Shown here one piece after another: positions 59,049 through 64,000 of a stretch of DNA of 64,000 nt. Under the pieces are notes generated by a model. The model saw only the letters and a list, made by a program, of their open reading frames with translations. It ran no database searches and had not been told where the DNA came from. The stretch spans positions 11,776-75,775 of the forward strand of contig CAKOMI010000001.1 of assembly GCA_934096605.1 (NCBI GenBank), read 5' to 3'. Position 1 is the stretch's first letter. Each line of letters starts with the position of its first letter. The stretch comes from an uncultured Bacilli bacterium (GTDB lineage Bacteria; Bacillota_I; Bacilli_A; RF39; UBA660). Position numbers and translations under genes: made by a program.

Positions 59049-59546
59049 ATGACAAAAAAAATGACTAAAAAAGTAAGAGAATTGTTTGTTTTGTTTTTTA
59101 TTATTTTGTCTTTTGCCCTTATTCTTACATCTCTTGCAATGCAAAAATACTTATATGATATTCAAGTTAATGAAAGACTTTCTAAAGTAGAAGATTATGA
59201 AGATTATTCTGTTATGTTAAAGTTACAAAAAAGAGACAAGAGACATAAATATTTAACTTTAGATAATGATACATATTATTTAGATGGTGTAGAAGAGGTT
59301 TATATAAAGTATGGTTCTACTGTTGCTTTTTTAAGTGATGTTTTAGAAAAGAAATATTTAAGTATTGATGACTTAATTAAGAATATGAAAGAGGTTAATA
59401 CTACAAGTGATGATGATACCTTTTATTTTCATAAACCAAATAAAAATAATGAAGGGTATATAATTGAAATAATAAATAATAATGATAAACGAGATATTAT
59501 TGTTTATCCTTATGAAAATAAAATATTACCAGGACTTTTAGATTAA
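59049..59546 (+). CDS. hypothetical membrane-anchored protein
   Basis: An ATG at 59049 follows a GGAGGG RBS. The product has MTKKMTKK and then a TM helix. Confidence 0.4.
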   Translation: MTKKMTKKVRELFVLFFIILSFALILTSLAMQKYLYDIQVNERLSKVEDYEDYSVMLKLQKRDKRHKYLTLDNDTYYLDGVEEVYIKYGSTVAFLSDVLEKKYLSIDDLIKNMKEVNTTSDDDTFYFHKPNKNNEGYIIEIINNNDKRDIIVYPYENKILPGLLD

Positions 59547-60832
59547 AGTTCTTTTTTTAATGTTTTAGCACTTTTTATAACAACATAGAAGATATTTACT
59601 ATTTCACTAATTAAAAGAGAATACATACCTATTTTTAAAAGAGAGGTTAAGGCCATAGTACTTAGTTTTATTGTGCTACCTATAAGAGTTATTTTAGCAC
59701 TTTCTTTAGCGTGACCCATAGCTTGCAAGGTACTTGTTAATGGTGCTTCTAAGTAAAAAAGGGTAAATACTGGCGCAAGTAGCAATATATAATTAGAACC
59801 ACTAGTTGTTTTATATAAAATATTTAAGAGATTATCTCTAAATATAAGAATTAAAAAAGAAGATATAAAACCAATTATAAATGAGTATTTTAAAGACTGA
59901 GATATTCTTCTTTTTAACATAAATTTATTATTTAGACTACTGTATTTACTTACTTCAGGTATTAGTATTTGACATATGGCTGCAATAAAGAAAGAAGGCA
60001 TCGTAAGAATACCTATGACATAGGCATTAAAAATGGCATATTCACTTTGAATATAAGAAGTTGTATAACCCATTAATAGTAAGATATTAGTTAAAATAAT
60101 TGGTTCTAGGAAGAAAGAGATGTTACCTATTAAACGACTAGATAAAGCAGGAATACTAGTATTTAGAACCTCTTTAATAATAGATGGTTCAAAGTTTCTT
60201 TCTTTTAAATTAATACTAGTTTTTTTAGGGAGGAAAAGAAGAAAAACAATAGTGCTTACTGTTTCAGTTATGATACTTATTAAAATGAAAGATAATAGAC
60301 CTAAGTAGTTATTTATAAGTAGTATTTTAGGGAAGAGATAAAGTAAAAAAAGAATTCTAATTGTTTGTTCTATTATATTAGATAGAGTATTAGGTAGGAC
60401 TTTTAATTTACCTAGAAAGTAGCCTTTTAAAATAGAAGAAATACTTATAAATGGTAAGGTACTAAGCATGGCAATAAGAATTAATTTGATATTTGGTTCG
60501 TGAAGGAGATATTCACTTATAAAAGGAATTAGAAATAAGAAGATAATGATAAATATTAAGTTAAATAGTAAGATAAATAAGGTAGTAGAAAGAATTATGT
60601 CACTAGATCTTCTTCCACCTTCACTCACTAGTTTGGAAATAGATATGGGAAGAGCAAAAATAGCTATACTTATCATAAGGGAATAAGTAGGCATAGCAAG
60701 AGTGTAAAGGGAAAGACCCTCACTGCCAATCATTCTAGTAAATAATATTTTGATAACAAAACCCATGATTTTGGTAATAAAACCACCTATTAATAAAATT
60801 AGTATGGATATTTTAAATGTGTCTTTTTGCAA
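59543..60832 (-). CDS. MOP-superfamily flippase (SpoVB/MurJ-like polysaccharide or lipid II exporter)
   Basis: It is a 12-TM protein with the N-terminal pattern KILFTRMIGSEGLSLYTLAMPTY...PISISKLV, seen in SpoVB and MurJ. Confidence 0.6.
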   Translation of the reverse strand: MQKDTFKISILILLIGGFITKIMGFVIKILFTRMIGSEGLSLYTLAMPTYSLMISIAIFALPISISKLVSEGGRRSSDIILSTTLFILLFNLIFIIIFLFLIPFISEYLLHEPNIKLILIAMLSTLPFISISSILKGYFLGKLKVLPNTLSNIIEQTIRILFLLYLFPKILLINNYLGLLSFILISIITETVSTIVFLLFLPKKTSINLKERNFEPSIIKEVLNTSIPALSSRLIGNISFFLEPIILTNILLLMGYTTSYIQSEYAIFNAYVIGILTMPSFFIAAICQILIPEVSKYSSLNNKFMLKRRISQSLKYSFIIGFISSFLILIFRDNLLNILYKTTSGSNYILLLAPVFTLFYLEAPLTSTLQAMGHAKESAKITLIGSTIKLSTMALTSLLKIGMYSLLISEIVNIFYVVIKSAKTLKKEL

Positions 60833-60911
60833 ATAATCACTTTCCTAATCTAAATCTTTATTATATAATAATTTATGTAAGAAGAAAAAAATTAGAAGGG
60901 ATTACAATCTT

Positions 60912-61157
60912 ATGAATGATGAAAAGTTTTCTAGTTTAAGTGAATTATATCAAAGACTAACACCAGCTTTAAAATGTAAATGTAATGAGATGGGAAGAGC
61001 CCATATGATAATAAGTGAGGCAGAACTTTGGAACTATTTATGTACGAATGTTTGGAAAGATAAAAATGGTCTTACATTGGGTGAGATGGTTGATAATATT
61101 TTGAATACTGATAGTTTTACTATTTTTAGTGAGGTGAAAAATAATGGAACCAATTAG
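60912..61157 (+). CDS. post-transcriptional regulator ComN/YrzD-like
   Basis: It is 81 aa. The pattern L-x-x-LYQRLTPAL...E-x-x-W-x-x-L...W...L...V-x-x-IL matches the ComN family. Confidence 0.45.
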   Translation: MNDEKFSSLSELYQRLTPALKCKCNEMGRAHMIISEAELWNYLCTNVWKDKNGLTLGEMVDNILNTDSFTIFSEVKNNGTN

Positions 61158-61788
61158 TGTTAATATGCAAAGTAGTATTAGGATAAGTGGTAGTAAGGTT
61201 TTATATTTTGACCCCCTAGAAAGAAGTGAGAAACATGATGCTGATTATATATTTATTACACATCCGCATTATGATCATTTTTCACTTTTATCTATTTTAG
61301 AACTAAAAAAAGATAATACGGTTTTTATAACACCTAAAGACATTGTAGAAGAGTTATTATCAATTGGTATTAGTGAAGAATATATATGTGTTGTAAAACC
61401 TTGTATGACTTATAGTTTTAAAAATTTAGAAATTAAAACAATTCCAGCTTATAACTTACATAAGAGTTTTCATCCTAAGGCTAATGATTGGGTAGGTTAT
61501 GTCGTTGATTTTGATGGCCTTACTTATTGTGTTTCAGGAGATACTGATGTAACAAGTTATTTAAAAAGTGTTAAATGTGATGTTTTATTTTTAGCTATAG
61601 GGGGGACCTATACTATGGATTGTTTGGAAGGAGCAAGTCTTTGTAATATTATTAATCCTAAACTTGTAATACCTACACATTATGGGTATGCAGCAGGGAC
61701 TTACAAAGATGCTTTAGTATTTAAAAAAAAATTAAACCATGGTATTCATTGTAAACTTTTAATACCAAAGAAAGCAGAAAAGGAGTAA
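61144..61788 (+). CDS. MBL-fold metallo-hydrolase
   Basis: It has the motif ITHPHYDHF. Confidence 0.7.
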   Translation: MEPISVNMQSSIRISGSKVLYFDPLERSEKHDADYIFITHPHYDHFSLLSILELKKDNTVFITPKDIVEELLSIGISEEYICVVKPCMTYSFKNLEIKTIPAYNLHKSFHPKANDWVGYVVDFDGLTYCVSGDTDVTSYLKSVKCDVLFLAIGGTYTMDCLEGASLCNIINPKLVIPTHYGYAAGTYKDALVFKKKLNHGIHCKLLIPKKAEKE

Positions 61789-61795
61789 TTTTTTT

Positions 61796-63928
61796 ATGTT
61801 AGATTTAGATAGGGAATATCACCAGTTTATTGATGCTTGTGCGAGTGTTTTTACAGGTGAAGAAATGCATGAGATAGAAAAATCTTATAAATTTGGAATA
61901 GAGAAGCATGGCGATCGAATCCGCCTTAATGGGACACCTTATATGTCACATCCTTTGGGAGTAGCTCTAATATTACTTGATCTAAATGTTGATGCAGTTA
62001 CTATAACGGCTAGTTTAATTCATGAGACAATTAATCATGCAGGGGCTACTAAAGAAGAAATAGAAAGTCTTTTTGGTAGTGAGGTGGCTAATATTGTAAG
62101 TGTAATTTCTAAATTAAACAGATTGGAGTTACAAGATGATTCGGAATATCAAGCGATGAATTTAAGAAAAATTTTAGTTGGTATGAGTGAAGATGTAAGA
62201 GTACTTTTCTTGAAACTTGCTGATCGCTTACATAACCTAAGAACAGCTGATGCGTTAGATGCCGAAGACCGTAAAAGAAAAGTAAATGAGACTATGACAG
62301 TTTTAATACCGATAGCCCATCGTCTTGGTTTATATAAAATAAAGGGTGAGATGGAAGACTTGTGTTTAAAATATAGTAAACCAGATGTTTATGCGGATAT
62401 TTTAGAAAGACTTAATGCGACTGAAAGTGAACTAAAAGATAGTTTAACGGAAATGGAAGAAAGTATTAGTGAGATTTTAATGGAACAAAATATTCCTTTT
62501 AAAATTAAAAGTCGAGTAAAAAGTGTTTATAGTATTTATAATAAACTTAATAATGGCAAGAAATGGGAAAATATTTATGATATATTAGCCCTTAGAGTAA
62601 TTGTGGAAAAGGTAAGTGAATGCTATTTAAGTATCGGTCTTATTCATGCTAAATATAGACCGATTCCAGGACGTTTTAAAGATTATATTGCTAATCCTAA
62701 GGCTAATATGTATCAGAGTTTACATACAGGGGTTTTTGGTAGTGATGGCAATCGTTATGAAATTCAAATCAGAACAGAAGAAATGGATGAATTTGCAGAA
62801 AAAGGGGTAGCTAGTCACTTTGCTTATAAAGAAAAACATTACATGAAAAATATCATGGAACAAAAACTAGAAATATTAAGAAATTTAATTGAAGCAAATG
62901 ATAATTTATCTGATATTGAATTTGAAAATAGTTTAAAAGAAGAAGCTTTAAATGATAGTATTTATGTATTTACACCTAAGGGGGATGTTTTAGAACTACC
63001 TAAAGGGTCAACACCACTTGATTTTGCTTACCGGATCCATAGTGACGTTGGTAATAAAACTGTACAAGCTTTAGTAAACGATATAAGTGTACCATTAAAC
63101 TATGAATTACATAATGATGATATTGTAAGAGTTAGAACAAGTCCTACGGGAACGCCTTCTAAAGAATGGCTAAATTTTGTAAAGAGTAGTCATGCTAAAA
63201 ATAAAATAAAGGCTTATTTTAGTAAACAAGATAAAGAAATATATACAGAAAAAGGTAAAACTATTTTACAAAATGAACTTAGAAAGAAGAAACTTTCTTT
63301 TGATGAAATTTTAAGTAATGAAAATGTTAAAAATATTTGTAAAGAACTTAAATTAGAGACTTTGGATGATATATATTTTTCAATTGGTAGTTTAAGATTT
63401 ACGGCTACATATATAATAAGTTTAGTGACTGAAGATAAAAAGGACGTCAGAGACGTTTACTTAGAAAAGGTAGAAAATAGAAAGAGTAAAAATACACCAG
63501 TTAATTCTGATATTTTAGTAGGTGGAGAAACAAATATATTAACAAGCCTTGCTAAGTGTTGTAGACCAGTATTTGGTGATGATATAAAGGGCTTTATTAC
63601 CAAAGGGGAAGGCGTCAGTGTTCATAGAAGTGATTGTGTAAATATCAAGGGACGGGAGAGTAGATTTGTTGACGTTGCTTGGAATAGCAAAGATAGTGTT
63701 TATTATACTGGTGTTGCTGTTGAAACAGATAAAAATAAGAATTATTTATTAGATATTATAAGTAAGGCAACAGCTAAGAATATTTATGTTGATTCTTTTA
63801 AAACAAAGAATGGTAATGATAAAACAACTTATGAAATAATTGTTAAAGTAAAAGATAAAAATACTTTAGATGATTTTATTGCTAGTTTGTATAGTTACAC
63901 ATTTGTAATTGAGGCAAGAAGAATATGA
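61796..63928 (+). CDS. relA: bifunctional (p)ppGpp synthetase/hydrolase RelA/SpoT
   Basis: It has the HD hydrolase domain, the synthetase domain (RVKSVYSIYNKL), and TGS and ACT domains. Length is 710 aa. Confidence 0.95.
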   Translation: MLDLDREYHQFIDACASVFTGEEMHEIEKSYKFGIEKHGDRIRLNGTPYMSHPLGVALILLDLNVDAVTITASLIHETINHAGATKEEIESLFGSEVANIVSVISKLNRLELQDDSEYQAMNLRKILVGMSEDVRVLFLKLADRLHNLRTADALDAEDRKRKVNETMTVLIPIAHRLGLYKIKGEMEDLCLKYSKPDVYADILERLNATESELKDSLTEMEESISEILMEQNIPFKIKSRVKSVYSIYNKLNNGKKWENIYDILALRVIVEKVSECYLSIGLIHAKYRPIPGRFKDYIANPKANMYQSLHTGVFGSDGNRYEIQIRTEEMDEFAEKGVASHFAYKEKHYMKNIMEQKLEILRNLIEANDNLSDIEFENSLKEEALNDSIYVFTPKGDVLELPKGSTPLDFAYRIHSDVGNKTVQALVNDISVPLNYELHNDDIVRVRTSPTGTPSKEWLNFVKSSHAKNKIKAYFSKQDKEIYTEKGKTILQNELRKKKLSFDEILSNENVKNICKELKLETLDDIYFSIGSLRFTATYIISLVTEDKKDVRDVYLEKVENRKSKNTPVNSDILVGGETNILTSLAKCCRPVFGDDIKGFITKGEGVSVHRSDCVNIKGRESRFVDVAWNSKDSVYYTGVAVETDKNKNYLLDIISKATAKNIYVDSFKTKNGNDKTTYEIIVKVKDKNTLDDFIASLYSYTFVIEARRI

Positions 63929-64000
63929 AAGTAGTAGTGCAAAGAGTAAGTAAGGCTAGTGTTTCGGTAGATAACCAGGTAGTTGGTAGTATAGATGAAG
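63925..64000 (+). CDS. dtd: D-aminoacyl-tRNA deacylase (5' end only)
   Basis: It begins MKVVVQRVSKASVSVDNQVVGSIDE, matching the Dtd N-terminus. It overlaps the relA stop. Confidence 0.7.
   Translation, partial: MKVVVQRVSKASVSVDNQVVGSIDE

Noticed and set aside
59049-59075. An A8 run in the first codons (MTKKMTKK) of the membrane protein at 59049, as a second type of slippage tract
   Set aside because: Poly-A encoding Lys-Lys is common in AT-rich genomes. It is short and there is no alternative-frame fusion partner.
1-64000. CRISPR arrays, rRNA operons and IS elements with terminal inverted repeats
   Set aside because: No regularly spaced direct repeats, no 16S/23S/5S-like GC-rich blocks and no transposase ORFs were seen. 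The only recombinase sequences are the xerC/D-type gene and the integrase remnant.

Overview
This is a very AT-rich chromosomal segment (roughly 27-30% GC) read with the standard bacterial code. TGA ends long conserved genes, so it is not a UGA=Trp mollicute. The spoVAC-spoVAD-spoVAEB operon and a SpoVB/MurJ-like flippase mark a spore-forming Firmicute, of Clostridia or Erysipelotrichia type. Housekeeping genes run through the window. They include the recD2 3' end, scpAB, rpmB, dnaE, polC, rpmG, efp, the head of the dcw cluster (mraZ-rsmH-ftsL-pbp2B), ruvAB, a T-box-controlled short metG, a T-box-controlled M29 aminopeptidase-tyrS operon, murG, ftsQ/divIB, queH, murT-gatD, a xerC/D-type recombinase, obg, a ComN-like regulator, relA/spoT and the dtd start.

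Accessory material is interleaved with these. The most notable element is a four-member paralogous family of large predicted surface proteins. The members start at 2681, 27968, 29507 and 57095. They share an unrecognised Cys-containing C-terminal domain of about 330 aa and have different N-terminal modules. The two tandem copies lie directly after the dcw head and directly before two canonical type IV prepilin-like genes. Each tandem copy is preceded by an almost identical leader cassette with a G10 homopolymer. Loss of one G would fuse an upstream ATG (uORF MRLIKNRLGGGF*) to the main ORF and supply a KKRK-TM signal anchor. This is the signature of a slipped-strand phase switch, with both copies apparently OFF. 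The fourth copy is divergent from an orphan PilB/GspE-type ATPase. A sortase-like C-terminal remnant sits next to the tandem pair.

Smaller oddities are listed below. Two SEC-C-motif relics with terminators flank the metG islet. A small GC-rich stretch lies just upstream of the second relic. An integrase C-terminal remnant lies in frame behind a CYTH gene. A GNAT gene carries an in-frame TAA upstream of an APH-family gene and a truncated P-loop fragment. A GCS2-type amidoligase is translationally coupled to a gene of unknown function. No rRNA, tRNA or CRISPR array was found.
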